64,000 nt of DNA from Candidatus Zhuqueibacterota bacterium (GTDB lineage Bacteria > Zhuqueibacterota > Zhuqueibacteria > Thermofontimicrobiales > Thermofontimicrobiaceae). This document shows, one piece after another, positions 10,184-20,720 of the stretch; position 1 is the stretch's first letter, and the number at the start of each line of letters is the position of its first letter. The notes beneath the pieces were generated by a model. The model had not been told where the DNA came from, did not search any database, and saw only the letters and a program-made list of their open reading frames with translations. The translations under genes were made by a program, and so were the position numbers. The DNA is taken from positions 1 to 64,000 of the forward strand of contig JBMOPW010000026.1 in NCBI GenBank assembly GCA_049322915.1. Reading direction: 5' to 3'.

Positions 10184-11662
10184 CTATCTGCTGAATTGAA
10201 TGGTCTTTATGTCACCGGACGCGATCTCGATGGAACTGCGATTGAAAATCACCTGGTCTGATGAGTCGCGAATGGTGATCGTATATTTGCCCGGTGGAAG
10301 CTGCAAACCGGAATTTCGAAAGAGAACAGTTTTTCCCCAGAATTTATTATTGATGAACAGCGCGGAATTTTCTACATTTTTTGATTTTTCAAATCCGGCC
10401 AGATAGATCACTCCCCGATTTTTTAAAGTTGCGTTCAGGGTCTTGGCATGTGTGCGATTCCCTGAACTGGAATTCGGGCCAGGCTGAATCGAATTCGAGA
10501 CTAATTTATTGAGAACCGAGTCAGGTATCGACACGATCGCGGCTTCTTTTTTGAGTGTATCGGTTTCTTTCGCGCCGGGTGTCTCCAATGGAGGTTGCTC
10601 ATCCATCGGAGTGGAATTCGCATACACATCGTTGCTGATGACGCCGGAACTGCTCTCTGAACGCATATTTCGTAACCTGGCGAGGGCGAAAATTAGAATG
10701 ACCGCCAGCACGATCACCAGGAGGCTGAACAGAAATGTCCGCGAGGAAATGAGCCGTGAGACTCTTTTGGGCGAGTTGAGCGCGCCTGGCGGCGTGTTCA
10801 TCTCCTGCTTCAGTATTTGATCCTCGATCCGGCCGATGGACTCAGCCTCGGCTTTCAGCACAACCTTTACCGGCGTGAATGATTTTTCAGGTTGCGCGCT
10901 GTCGTCGATTTTGACCAGAGCCACAGTGACGTTGTCTGAGCCGTCTTTGATATTGGCGGTATCGATGAGATGCGTCAGCGTGTTTTCCATGTTGCCGTTA
11001 TTGAAAAACACGATGGATTTTATCTCGTCGTTGGATATAGCTTTTGTGAGCCCGTCGGTGCAGAGCAAGTATGTATCGCCGGGAACGAGTGGGCCGATGA
11101 ACAAGTCGATTTTATTCGTTGGCGCTTGACCCAGAGCGCGGGTGATGACATTCTGTTTGATAAAGTTCTTGGCTTCGTCGGCGTTAATTTCTTGATCCTG
11201 AATCAGTTCATTGACCCACGTGTGATCTTCGGTGATTTGCTCCATCACCCCCTGACTGAATCGGTAAACGCGGCTGTCCCCGACATGGGCAATGATCACT
11301 CGGTCCCCCTGAATCGAGAGAGCGGAAACCGTTGTCCCCATGCCTCTCAGATTTTGATTGTGAATGGATTTATTGTAAATATTCCGATTGGCGAGCCGAA
11401 TAGAACCGATGATCCGCGAAGCAATCTGCAAGTTCATTTCTGCAAGATCTTTAGATATCTTTTGATGTATGGCAAGATCGAGAAACAAATACATGTAGCG
11501 AATGGTGGAAACTGCCAGGCGACTGGCCTGCTCTCCACCTTTGTGTCCGCCCATACCGTCACACACAATGGCAAGCTTATTTTCTTCAAATACCCCGCTG
11601 TAATCTTCATTGATAGGCCTGACAACTCCAACATCACTTTTAGCCATCATTTTAATTGTCAT
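10184..11662 (-). CDS. Membrane-anchored PP2C (Stp1/IreP-type) Ser/Thr phosphatase
   Basis: Motifs SDVG..R..NED, CDGMGGH, GMGTT, HVGDSR, LCTDGL, DNVT; TM helix; C-terminal PEGA-like segment (LPPGKYTITI). Confidence 0.93.
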   Translation of the reverse strand: MTIKMMAKSDVGVVRPINEDYSGVFEENKLAIVCDGMGGHKGGEQASRLAVSTIRYMYLFLDLAIHQKISKDLAEMNLQIASRIIGSIRLANRNIYNKSIHNQNLRGMGTTVSALSIQGDRVIIAHVGDSRVYRFSQGVMEQITEDHTWVNELIQDQEINADEAKNFIKQNVITRALGQAPTNKIDLFIGPLVPGDTYLLCTDGLTKAISNDEIKSIVFFNNGNMENTLTHLIDTANIKDGSDNVTVALVKIDDSAQPEKSFTPVKVVLKAEAESIGRIEDQILKQEMNTPPGALNSPKRVSRLISSRTFLFSLLVIVLAVILIFALARLRNMRSESSSGVISNDVYANSTPMDEQPPLETPGAKETDTLKKEAAIVSIPDSVLNKLVSNSIQPGPNSSSGNRTHAKTLNATLKNRGVIYLAGFEKSKNVENSALFINNKFWGKTVLFRNSGLQLPPGKYTITIRDSSDQVIFNRSSIEIASGDIKTIQFSR

Positions 11663-12190
11663 AACATCCCCAAATTTGAACGCGCTCGAATTCCTTTTCC
11701 AGAGTCAGATGTTGATTGAGTTAAGTGAAAGAAGTTTCCATCTTGTTTTCAGGTATCGGTTTGCTGGCGCTCCCAGATTTGCTGCGCCGTAATGTCCTTC
11801 TTCGTGAAGGCATTCTTTGGTTCAATTCTCTGTAGTCGTTTGCCTGAGACGAACGGTTTTGCGATTTCAAATGGTTGACAGGAAAATGATTGTCATTGTT
11901 CCTCCCGGCCAATCATCCAGTCGTGCGTCCGCTTCATCGGAGTTATTCATCGTTCGTACTACTTTTTGAAGAGTCATTCATCGTTAGCATCATTGAAGGC
12001 AGGAAAATGTTCGCCCATTTATTTTCGCTGGTATTGCGAGTGAATCATAATGACAGGATTTGCGTTAAACGTCCTTTGCATTTTGGCCAGAAAGTAACTT
12101 GATATTCAATTCGACTAAAAGGGCAATGAGATGTGTTCATTGCCCTTATTTTTGTAAAGCGTGATGAACGATTGGCCGAACAATTCAATG

Positions 12191-14617
12191 TCAGATTGAA
12201 AAAAGGCGCTTTCGTTTCAGCGGCTGCAACACCAGGGTGATGCCGAAGAAAAGGATCATTGCCAGCGATAGCACAATCGCCAGATAATAGCTGCTCTTCG
12301 AGACTGAGGCAGAGGCGATACAACCGGATTGCTCGGGGTTGAAATTCACTTGTCCCCAGATGACAGAGCTTTCCTGAACTTTACTGTTCGTTGAAACCAG
12401 GGTAAATTCCTCGGAATTTTTCCGGAGCAGAATATCGATGCTATTATTTTTATTGAAATCAGCTACTATCGGCGTGGCGATTATTTCGCTCGTGATCTGT
12501 CCCATATTCGCTTCATTCATCAGCTTACCGGTGGATCCATCGAAAATGTACAGCCCGTGATAAAATCCAGCCAGGAGAATATCGACATTGTCGTCTTTAT
12601 TGACATCTGCCAGAACCGGTTGGGAGATGAACTGCTCAACATTTTGAGGAATGTAGCCCCAGTTGATCTTTTTCTGGCCGCTTCCTTTTCCCTTGCCATC
12701 ATAGACAATCACTTTATTGTCATTGGTCACCACCGCAACATCGAGGAAATTGTTGCCGTCAAAATCGCCCATGACCGGCGCGGCAAAGGACCCCATTTCC
12801 GGATCAGCCTGAAATTCATCGAACCACAATCGCTTGAATTGCTTGCCATCCAGGGTCAGAATGTGATTCCGTTCCGTCGTGATGGCCAGGTCCGCGCAGT
12901 TGTCCTGATTCAAATCGCCCACTGCAATGCGTTGGCGAATGGGCTGCTCTTCGAAAAATGAGCCTTTTGCTTTTTGGAATTCTTCATTGATATTCAGTAT
13001 TTTCGAAATGCTGTTGGACTCGCCGTCGTACACGTACATCAGACCACCTTCCGTGCCGAACACAACTTCAGGCAGGCCATCGCCATCGAGGTCACCGGCA
13101 GAGGGTGCGCATCGAATTTCATTCTCAGTCTCAATCACAGACCATTCCGGGTAGGTGAATGTGCCCAGACCCAGATGGAGTTTTCCATTCTGATTGCAGA
13201 TGAAAATGTCCTTGATATTATCGCCGTTCAAATCGGTGACGATCGGGTTGCCCGCAAATACCCCGCCCAGTAGAGGACTGGCCCAGATCTCGGTGCCGGA
13301 TTGTCCATCCACCGCGTAGACGATGGAGTTGTTGGACGGGATCAAAATATCCATCAGGTTGTTATTGTTCAAATCGGCGACGACGATTCCAACGGGCAAT
13401 TGCACCTGGTACAACGAAGAAATCTGCCAGAGTGGTTTGGACGTTTTTCCGTCGAACGCTTTCAAATACCCGATTTTATCCAGGTAAACGATATCCATGA
13501 AACCGTCGCCGTTGAAGTCAGCCGCAGCCGGCGCCAGGCTGGGAATAATGCTCATCACTTCCGTAGGTTGCAGCGTGAGGCCTTCCAAATCCGGGCTGGC
13601 GATGAATGTCGTCTCGTTCAGCGCGAGCGCGCCAGGTTTTTGATTGATGATACCCAGGCTGCGCCAGTTATTGAAAAGAATCAGGGCAAAGATGAGGATG
13701 GCTGCAACCGAAGCCAGGTTACGCACCCATGATCCATTTCGTACCCACCAGATGCCTGCTCTCCGGGGAGCGGCGTAATCCATTTTTGTCTCCGGTGTGA
13801 GCCGGAAAATGGTGCTCCTCTGGTCGCTGACAATTTCAATTTCATCTCCGGGAAATAGCTGCACCGTGTCGTCTTCGTTCAGTTGCCGTTGATTGACGCG
13901 GGTTCGGGTTTTGCTTCGCTTGTCCGTGATGAAGAAATTGCCGGCTTCGAGAGAGATCGTGGCGTGTCTGCGGGAGATGCTCGGATCGATCTGGCCTTTG
14001 CTGTTCTCCCGAATGACGATGTCATTCAGCGATGTATCTCTTCCGATTCGGGTGATGCCAAAATTTAAACGATATTTTTTCCCGGTGTACGGCCCGTAGA
14101 TCGCAACGAGGTAATGCGGGATCAGGTCGCTCCTGATCGGCTCTGCCGCGATTTTCTCGCCATCTTCCAGTAACTGGGCGCTGAGACCTTCCGCAATATC
14201 CACTTCAGTTTCAATGTCCGGGCTGGCAGCCGATGATTCAGGAAGCGCGTCGGCATAGGTCCGCTCCCCAACAGCCGCCGGCTTCTCTGGAAATTTCTCC
14301 GATTTGATGCTTTTGTCAAACAGAATATTTTCGAAGATGAGCGAGTGCTCGCCAATATGGATTTCATCGCCACTGGCTAACAGCGTTCGCTCAATAACTT
14401 TTTCGCCATTCAGCAATGTCCCGAAGGCGCTGTTATTATCCTGGACAAAATAATTCGTGCCTTCTTTTTCAATGGCTAAATGATGCATGGACACTCGTTT
14501 GTCCGCAATAATCAGATCGTTGTCCCCCTCTGACCCAATTGTGATCTTATTCTGGAAAGGTCGAATCGGAAATTCCTTATAGACTTCGGCTTTCCTTTTG
14601 ACAACGATTTTTGGCAT
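12191..14617 (-). CDS. Double FHA-domain membrane protein with FG-GAP/VCBS beta-propeller
   Basis: 808 aa; two FHA-like domains (IGS..VSMHH; IGRD..ISRRH); TM; about 8 D(F/L/V)(N/D)xDxxxD repeats; second TM at C-terminus. Confidence 0.9.
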   Translation of the reverse strand: MPKIVVKRKAEVYKEFPIRPFQNKITIGSEGDNDLIIADKRVSMHHLAIEKEGTNYFVQDNNSAFGTLLNGEKVIERTLLASGDEIHIGEHSLIFENILFDKSIKSEKFPEKPAAVGERTYADALPESSAASPDIETEVDIAEGLSAQLLEDGEKIAAEPIRSDLIPHYLVAIYGPYTGKKYRLNFGITRIGRDTSLNDIVIRENSKGQIDPSISRRHATISLEAGNFFITDKRSKTRTRVNQRQLNEDDTVQLFPGDEIEIVSDQRSTIFRLTPETKMDYAAPRRAGIWWVRNGSWVRNLASVAAILIFALILFNNWRSLGIINQKPGALALNETTFIASPDLEGLTLQPTEVMSIIPSLAPAAADFNGDGFMDIVYLDKIGYLKAFDGKTSKPLWQISSLYQVQLPVGIVVADLNNNNLMDILIPSNNSIVYAVDGQSGTEIWASPLLGGVFAGNPIVTDLNGDNIKDIFICNQNGKLHLGLGTFTYPEWSVIETENEIRCAPSAGDLDGDGLPEVVFGTEGGLMYVYDGESNSISKILNINEEFQKAKGSFFEEQPIRQRIAVGDLNQDNCADLAITTERNHILTLDGKQFKRLWFDEFQADPEMGSFAAPVMGDFDGNNFLDVAVVTNDNKVIVYDGKGKGSGQKKINWGYIPQNVEQFISQPVLADVNKDDNVDILLAGFYHGLYIFDGSTGKLMNEANMGQITSEIIATPIVADFNKNNSIDILLRKNSEEFTLVSTNSKVQESSVIWGQVNFNPEQSGCIASASVSKSSYYLAIVLSLAMILFFGITLVLQPLKRKRLFSI

Positions 14618-14816
14618 TTTTTATCCTTCCATTAACTTCATTACGCTAAAGCAATTAGTGTTTTAGTCTGACATCGTTGGTCCCACTCTATTCGAACCAT
14701 GACGTCCTTCATCATTGCGAGTGGCCCAATTTTTCGAACATGGACTCATTTGAACCTGACACATTTCAACCGATTGTCTGTTCGATTCTCTTCATGCGCC
14801 TCGATGCAGCAACTTG

Positions 14817-17762
14817 TTATTGAATGATCAGTTTGAAATCCAGAGAGTGTTCCCCATTTTTGGTATTCAGAATTGCATATTTTTCAAAATAGCCTGCCTT
14901 CTTCACCCTGAAGCTGAATTCCCCGGGAGACATTTTATTTATAATCGAACCGGTTTCATCGGTTTTGCCAAACAGCACTTCAGACGCTTTACTTTCTGTC
15001 AGCGAGCGAAACAGGAGTTCGGCGTCCTTCAGAGGCAGGCCGGTCAATGCGTCGGTGACTTTGATTTTCACATCAATGGCTGAAGGCTCCATGGCAACCA
15101 GCACATCGCTATCATCCATGGAAACTCCGACCACCGCGTCTTTGTAGCCTTCGCGGCTGAGTACTACTTTCAGATTCACAGGCGGCAAGGCAATGTCGCA
15201 TGGAGTTTTATCGTTGCGCGTATACACCACGTCATTGCGGATGATTTTTATGATTCTGGCGCCGATTTCATTGTTCTCCGGATCATTTTTATCCTTGGCA
15301 TAGAACCGCACATTTCGCGTTAACATAACCGAGATGGTCTCCGGCCCGCTATTATCCACTTTGATATTCATCTGCCTGGAGTTGAATCCCTTTTTCTGAA
15401 ATAGAATGGAATGCTGACCGGTGCTCAAGGCAATCACTGACGACACATCGGTTCGGCCCGACGGGCTGGTTGCTCCGTCGATGAAAAATGTTATGCCGGG
15501 AGGAACAGAGGCAATGTTGATGAATTTTTTGAAATTGCCCTGAATGACAAAACGTTTGTTGTCGCCCTGGATACTTTCGAAGTCCCAGAGCCGGCGGTCT
15601 TCGACCTCCTCCAGACCATCCACTGTATTCAATGAAAAACCACTCAATTTCTGGAATCCATCCATTTCCATTTCAATGGCCAATGGTTCGCCTACTTCCC
15701 ATTCAACCATTGTGGGCGTGCGATGGGGGAATTTGATTTGATTCAAATGAACCACAGCGCCAGAGGGCTCTGAGTTCAATTCAATTTGCGTCTTGAATCG
15801 GAATAAATAGGGGCTGTAGCCTTTGCGCGCAGTCTCCCCGCTGACTTTTACTTCGCCCTTGCTCGGCACGTGAATGGATTTTACAAGCGGAGCAAAGCCA
15901 TCATGCGTCAACGTCAATTCATGAACGCCCGGGGCAATTTTTGGAATGGACAACGGCGTTTCTCCCGGAATCCTTTCCTTATCCAGATAAACAATCGCAC
16001 CCAGTGGGGCTGAAGTTATTTTTATAGCTGGTGGAAATAGTCGGTTGAAAACAGCCTCACCGAGACTTGTCATTTGTAGAAAAATATCGAACAGCATAAA
16101 GACAAACAATGCGGCGAGCACTGAAATAGCTGAAATTGTGATCGCTTTTTTATGCGTCCGCGTGGAGAGCCGAATCACGTCGATGACAGTTTTTAAATCG
16201 TCTTCCCCGACTTCATCTTCGTGAGTCGGTTTGGGCGTCAGTTTTGAATGCTTTGGTTCCGGTTCAACCGGGGAAAATTTAGCATTGAATTTCTGATGGA
16301 TGATTCTTTCTGTATCGCTCAGATCGACTTCGGAGTTGCCATTTTCAGGGATTTCCTCCGCAATGGAGAGGAACTCTTCTGAGACCGTTTCTTTCCCGTC
16401 TTTGCGGTTTGCCCCATCAAAATCAGATGGCGTTTCCTCGTTCCTGGCTATGGTATCAATTTCAGGCGTCTCTTCGGTCTGAGGCTGCGGAGCGCTATTG
16501 TAAATGCCAACCTGATCGACAGGCGAAAATTGCGGTTGACGATCCCTGTGCAGGCGTTCGAATTCCGGGACAGAGGTTCTTTCCTCAACTGTTTGCGTGA
16601 CGTCCTCGCTGTAATTGGCGGAGGCAGTCTTCAATTCGTTAATGTCAGCAATCGGAACTTCGGAGAACGGCTCCGCTGTGAAATCGCTGGTGACATCTGA
16701 TTTCCCGTTGTCATCCTGCTCGTGTATCAATTTATCCAGTTCTTCGGAGAGCTGTCTGATTTGCTGATCCGTTTCCTGGTTATCATCGCGAGCCGGGGCT
16801 TCTGTGGCGGCAGCGTCGTTGTTGCTATCGGAAAAAAGACGCTGGACGAATCCACCTAATTCATCGGAAAGCTCCACCGAATAGGTCGATGACATGAGAT
16901 ATTCCACCAGGTCAAGATACACGCCATTGGCGCCATGATAGCGATCGTCAGGATTTTTCTGCAACATCTTAACGAGAATTTTTTGAACCGGCTCAGGCAC
17001 ATTGTGTTGTTCCAGGCGATCGGTATCGATGCGCAGTTTTTTGAAATTTTCGAGGATCTGCTCCGGGTCATCGGAAGGGAAAAGACGAGAGCCGGTCAAT
17101 ATCTCATAAAATGTAACACCGAGTGAAAAGATATCCGTGCGTCGGTCGACATGCCCATTGGTCAGACTCAATTGTTCCGGCGCCATGTACGGGAGCTTAC
17201 CGGAAATGACCAACTCGTTTGAATTTTTATTTTGAAAACGAAATTTCGCTAATCCAAAATCGATCAGTTTCACATGGCCGGAATGCGAGATCATGATGTT
17301 GGACGGGGAAATATCCTGATGGACCAGCTTAAGTGGTTTATCCGTCAGAATGTCGCGTTTGTTATGGGCATATTCAAGAGCCTTGCATATTTCTTTAATG
17401 ATGTAGATGCTCAATTCGAGCGGAATCGTGGCGTTAGCTTTTCGGCTCTGGCGGAGAATTTTAGCCAGATCCATGCCATCGACATATTCCATGACAATGT
17501 ACAATTGCCCATCTTCGGCGGTGACAAGGTTGTAAATATGGACGATGTTATTGTGGCTAAGTTTTGCGGCATTCTTAGCTTCGGCCATGAATAAATCCAC
17601 CCACTTTGCCTCTTTGAGCAGGCTGGGTTCGATGGCCTTAATGGCGACAGATTTCTCGAAGACATGGTCGTAACCATAATAAACAATCCCAAATCCCCCT
17701 TGTTTAATTTTCGAGACGATCTCATATTTGTTCTGTATAAGTCGGCTCTCTGTTTTCTCCAT
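14817..17762 (-). CDS. Membrane Ser/Thr protein kinase with PEGA repeats
   Basis: GGFGIVY, VAIK, HQDISPSN, DFG, YMAPE motifs; acidic linker; TM; PEGA repeats (ITSAPLGA, LNSEPSGA, IASVPPGI); start set at ATG 17762 after an AGAGG RBS (ORF track extends to 17924). Confidence 0.93.
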   Translation of the reverse strand: MEKTESRLIQNKYEIVSKIKQGGFGIVYYGYDHVFEKSVAIKAIEPSLLKEAKWVDLFMAEAKNAAKLSHNNIVHIYNLVTAEDGQLYIVMEYVDGMDLAKILRQSRKANATIPLELSIYIIKEICKALEYAHNKRDILTDKPLKLVHQDISPSNIMISHSGHVKLIDFGLAKFRFQNKNSNELVISGKLPYMAPEQLSLTNGHVDRRTDIFSLGVTFYEILTGSRLFPSDDPEQILENFKKLRIDTDRLEQHNVPEPVQKILVKMLQKNPDDRYHGANGVYLDLVEYLMSSTYSVELSDELGGFVQRLFSDSNNDAAATEAPARDDNQETDQQIRQLSEELDKLIHEQDDNGKSDVTSDFTAEPFSEVPIADINELKTASANYSEDVTQTVEERTSVPEFERLHRDRQPQFSPVDQVGIYNSAPQPQTEETPEIDTIARNEETPSDFDGANRKDGKETVSEEFLSIAEEIPENGNSEVDLSDTERIIHQKFNAKFSPVEPEPKHSKLTPKPTHEDEVGEDDLKTVIDVIRLSTRTHKKAITISAISVLAALFVFMLFDIFLQMTSLGEAVFNRLFPPAIKITSAPLGAIVYLDKERIPGETPLSIPKIAPGVHELTLTHDGFAPLVKSIHVPSKGEVKVSGETARKGYSPYLFRFKTQIELNSEPSGAVVHLNQIKFPHRTPTMVEWEVGEPLAIEMEMDGFQKLSGFSLNTVDGLEEVEDRRLWDFESIQGDNKRFVIQGNFKKFINIASVPPGITFFIDGATSPSGRTDVSSVIALSTGQHSILFQKKGFNSRQMNIKVDNSGPETISVMLTRNVRFYAKDKNDPENNEIGARIIKIIRNDVVYTRNDKTPCDIALPPVNLKVVLSREGYKDAVVGVSMDDSDVLVAMEPSAIDVKIKVTDALTGLPLKDAELLFRSLTESKASEVLFGKTDETGSIINKMSPGEFSFRVKKAGYFEKYAILNTKNGEHSLDFKLIIQ

Positions 17763-17997
17763 AATTTTTCCTCTGCTTAGAGATGGTGACCTGCGATAGT
17801 AAATAGTTGAATCAATCCGCGGCTCATGTATCGACTCGAAATCAGATCGCTCAGCAGAGTCCCTGATAGCGATGCCTTGTGCCGCATGGTTCAGCGTGTA
17901 ATGAACAGATTCTCGAAACAACAACCGAAGGCAATTGAATTATATGCTTATTAATTAGTAGATTAGTTATCGAAATCAATCATACGGGTCGTTTTTA

Positions 17998-18013
17998 CGC
18001 AAATACTATGCCA
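17998..18013 (-). promoter_or_regulatory. Sigma-54 (-24/-12) promoter of the kinase cassette
   Basis: Minus strand reads TGGCATAGTATTTGCG (GG-N10-GC), about 235 nt upstream of the kinase start in an AT-rich spacer. Confidence 0.7.
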
Positions 18014-18465
18014 TGTAGGAACTTGCATTTTTCAAAGGGATACTTCTCAAATTTTATTCAAGTTATTTGTTTACTATTTAGTAATAGTTTGATCTCGTCC
18101 TGTTCCATGCTGAGCCAATGTTTCATGCATAAACAAAGCGTATCGATGTTTCAAAGTTCGAGTGCCTATTTCAGGCATCAATTGAACAAAGTAATAATTA
18201 TTACAGATAGTTAATACCTTCAATGGCTGGTGTCTGCCGAATAAAAAATTCTGATTTTTGTCATTTATTAGAATTTTCTTTTTTCACACTGTCTCAGAAG
18301 AGAACCAGTTTATCCTGAAAATGGTGGTTGGGGCGTAGAATCCATGCAGCGAGCCGAGAGAAAATATATTGAGAAGACGGGGAATATGTTGGCCAGGATG
18401 ATTTACCAATAATGTAAAGCTGTCCCCGGGAAGTGGCAGGTAGTCGGTTTTGTCGACAGGTGCTC

Positions 18466-18521
18466 AAAAAAATAATCCACCGGACTGGATTGTTAAATAC
18501 ACGTTGCCAGTCGGTGGATTG
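18466..18521 (-). terminator. Probable intrinsic terminator after the ECF operon
   Basis: Hairpin aatccaccgactgg / ccagtccggtggatt followed by a T run on the minus strand. Confidence 0.55.
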
Positions 18522-18656
18522 TATTTACAGAGTAAAGGCTGCCCAATATACTCATAAAGCATGAAAGGGTTGTCAATCTTTTTGGGTCAGTTTTGAAATC
18601 AGATATTTTCGATGCCTTTACAATGTTCTGAATCGAAAAAGCGTAGCGTTAACGAA

Positions 18657-20720
18657 TCAATGCTCATCAAGTTCGAAAATTTTCGTCCAGATTTTGTATT
18701 GATCGAAATGAGTGGTTGCAGCCTGCTGGTAAGCGGCAAAAGCATCTTTCGTGTTATGCCGCGCGCGATAAAAATCTCCGATCATTTCATAGGCTTGTTG
18801 AGTTTCTTCACCATCCAACAACCTGGCAATTACTTTTTGCAAAAGCGGTACGTAATCTGTGGCTGTTTTTTCATTGGAACGAAGAATCAGAATGGCAATG
18901 AAACTCAACAGATCATTGTTATCACTTTTTTTTGATACGAAATTCAAGCTTTGTTCCAGCTTGTCACTACTGAGTTGCATCTGGTCATCTTCCAGCGCCA
19001 GAACCGATTGGGCAAATAGAAAATTAAACAGGGACAATGAATCTTTGGCCGAATGAGCGATAAGTTCGTCCAGATCGTGAATACCGTCTTCCACGCGGCC
19101 ATATTTCAAATAGGTTTCTATATACGCCCAAACAGCAGCATTATCTTTTGCAGATTCGAATTTGGGATTTTGAGCGCAGTGCTCTGACAAAGACATCAAT
19201 TGATTGAACACCCAGTTTGCATCCGCTGTTTTATTCAATTGGCGTAGAATGATAATTGTTTTTAACAGCGCCCCATTTTTAAGTCCAGCAAAAAGCTCTT
19301 TCATTTGAACCGAATCCGAATGGACTTTCATGTTGTTACAGGCAGTCTCCACATTCAATTTTACTTTGAAATCAGGTGAATCAAAATTTGTATCCCAATA
19401 CGAACCGATTTCGCGGAGCGCATCTTCAGGCCGTTGACTTTGAAAATAGAGATCAGCGGCCGCTAAAAATTCAGGTTTCGTTCGCGCGATAAATTCGATC
19501 GACTCATCTTTGAAACGAATCACCGGCAAATATATTTGGGGACCTAGAAATTGCGTGTCATAAGGAATGAAGTATGCCGTACTGCCGGTTGGCTCGTATT
19601 TTTCAAAGCTATACATATTTTTATCGATTCGGTACATCCCGCCCTTTTCCCAACAGAGAAACAGGTTCTTCGGTTCCGCGCGCTTCATATTTTCAATGAA
19701 CTCCCGGTAGTCGCTCTCAGGGCTGGATTCCGGGGACGGCGATGTCGGATAGTCGACCGTAAAATAAAGCTTTTCAGAACTGTCCCAGCCAAAGCAATCA
19801 ATCAAATTGTCGAATGAAATTTTCGTTAGTTGAGAGGTCGATGTCTCCAAAATCCACAGATTACTTTTTTCTTTCCCTCTCTGAACAAGCGAAATAAAAT
19901 TGCCTTTCGGCGACCACTCGATCCGGGTTATTTTAGAATCTAACTTACAGGAGAGCCGTTCACTCTTTCCATCGGAATCGAAGATAATTAAAGCATCCGT
20001 GCTATCCCTGGGTTGCTTGTTTTGAGCGATGAGGGCCAACTGATAACCGTCCGGCGACCACGAGAATGTCGATACCATCGTGTTGGTAAATATCTTCTTT
20101 CGATCGGATCCATCGGTCTTTATTTTCCATACGCCGGCTGATTTAGAATTCGACTCGGATGTCAGGGAGACCGTAATCCATTCTCCATTCGAGGCCAGCT
20201 CGTACCAGGCGACATTTCCTTTTAATTCGAACAGTAGATTCGTATGCCGGCCATCTGCCGCAGCCGAGTAAAACTGAGCCAAATTCCTGGCCGCATCATT
20301 TTTCATGTCCACGACTCTATTTTGCTGCGGCGTCCAGGCTGCTATTTGCTGCAAGGAGTGCTCGTCTATTTTGGGCATTGTTTGAATGAGGTGCTTCTCT
20401 CGGGAACTCAACGAGTATGTCAGGATTTCGGTTTGTTCTTTCCCCGTACTGGTGTAAAGCAGGAAATCCCCCTGTGGCGACCACTGCGGAGAGGATAGCG
20501 TCCTATCATCTGCTTTTTCCACCACAGTAATAGCGCCGATGACTCGTTCCTTCACGTTAGCAATCAGTAATTCTTTGGATTCCGCTGTCACGAATGCTAA
20601 TTTTGTCCCATCCGGCGACCAACTCATTTGGTCGGTCGCTAGTTTATTTTCATTGCAGGAAAAAATAAATAAAGATAAAAAAAGAAGTATAACTGCTGTT
20701 TTTACAATGTTAGTTTTCAT
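18657..20720 (-). CDS. TolB-like (PD40/WD40 beta-propeller) lipoprotein with C-terminal TPR region
   Basis: Lipobox FIFSC; repeats WSPDG, WSPQG, WSPKG; helical C-terminal half; AGGAGG RBS before 20720. Confidence 0.85.
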   Translation of the reverse strand: MKTNIVKTAVILLFLSLFIFSCNENKLATDQMSWSPDGTKLAFVTAESKELLIANVKERVIGAITVVEKADDRTLSSPQWSPQGDFLLYTSTGKEQTEILTYSLSSREKHLIQTMPKIDEHSLQQIAAWTPQQNRVVDMKNDAARNLAQFYSAAADGRHTNLLFELKGNVAWYELASNGEWITVSLTSESNSKSAGVWKIKTDGSDRKKIFTNTMVSTFSWSPDGYQLALIAQNKQPRDSTDALIIFDSDGKSERLSCKLDSKITRIEWSPKGNFISLVQRGKEKSNLWILETSTSQLTKISFDNLIDCFGWDSSEKLYFTVDYPTSPSPESSPESDYREFIENMKRAEPKNLFLCWEKGGMYRIDKNMYSFEKYEPTGSTAYFIPYDTQFLGPQIYLPVIRFKDESIEFIARTKPEFLAAADLYFQSQRPEDALREIGSYWDTNFDSPDFKVKLNVETACNNMKVHSDSVQMKELFAGLKNGALLKTIIILRQLNKTADANWVFNQLMSLSEHCAQNPKFESAKDNAAVWAYIETYLKYGRVEDGIHDLDELIAHSAKDSLSLFNFLFAQSVLALEDDQMQLSSDKLEQSLNFVSKKSDNNDLLSFIAILILRSNEKTATDYVPLLQKVIARLLDGEETQQAYEMIGDFYRARHNTKDAFAAYQQAATTHFDQYKIWTKIFELDEH

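Noticed and set aside
11721..11912. 63-aa minus-strand ORF between the FHA and PP2C genes
   Set aside because: No convincing RBS or motif; cannot be supported from sequence alone
5766..17762. T6SS-associated PpkA/PppA/Fha module
   Set aside because: No T6SS structural genes (tssB/C, hcp, vgrG, clpV) in the window
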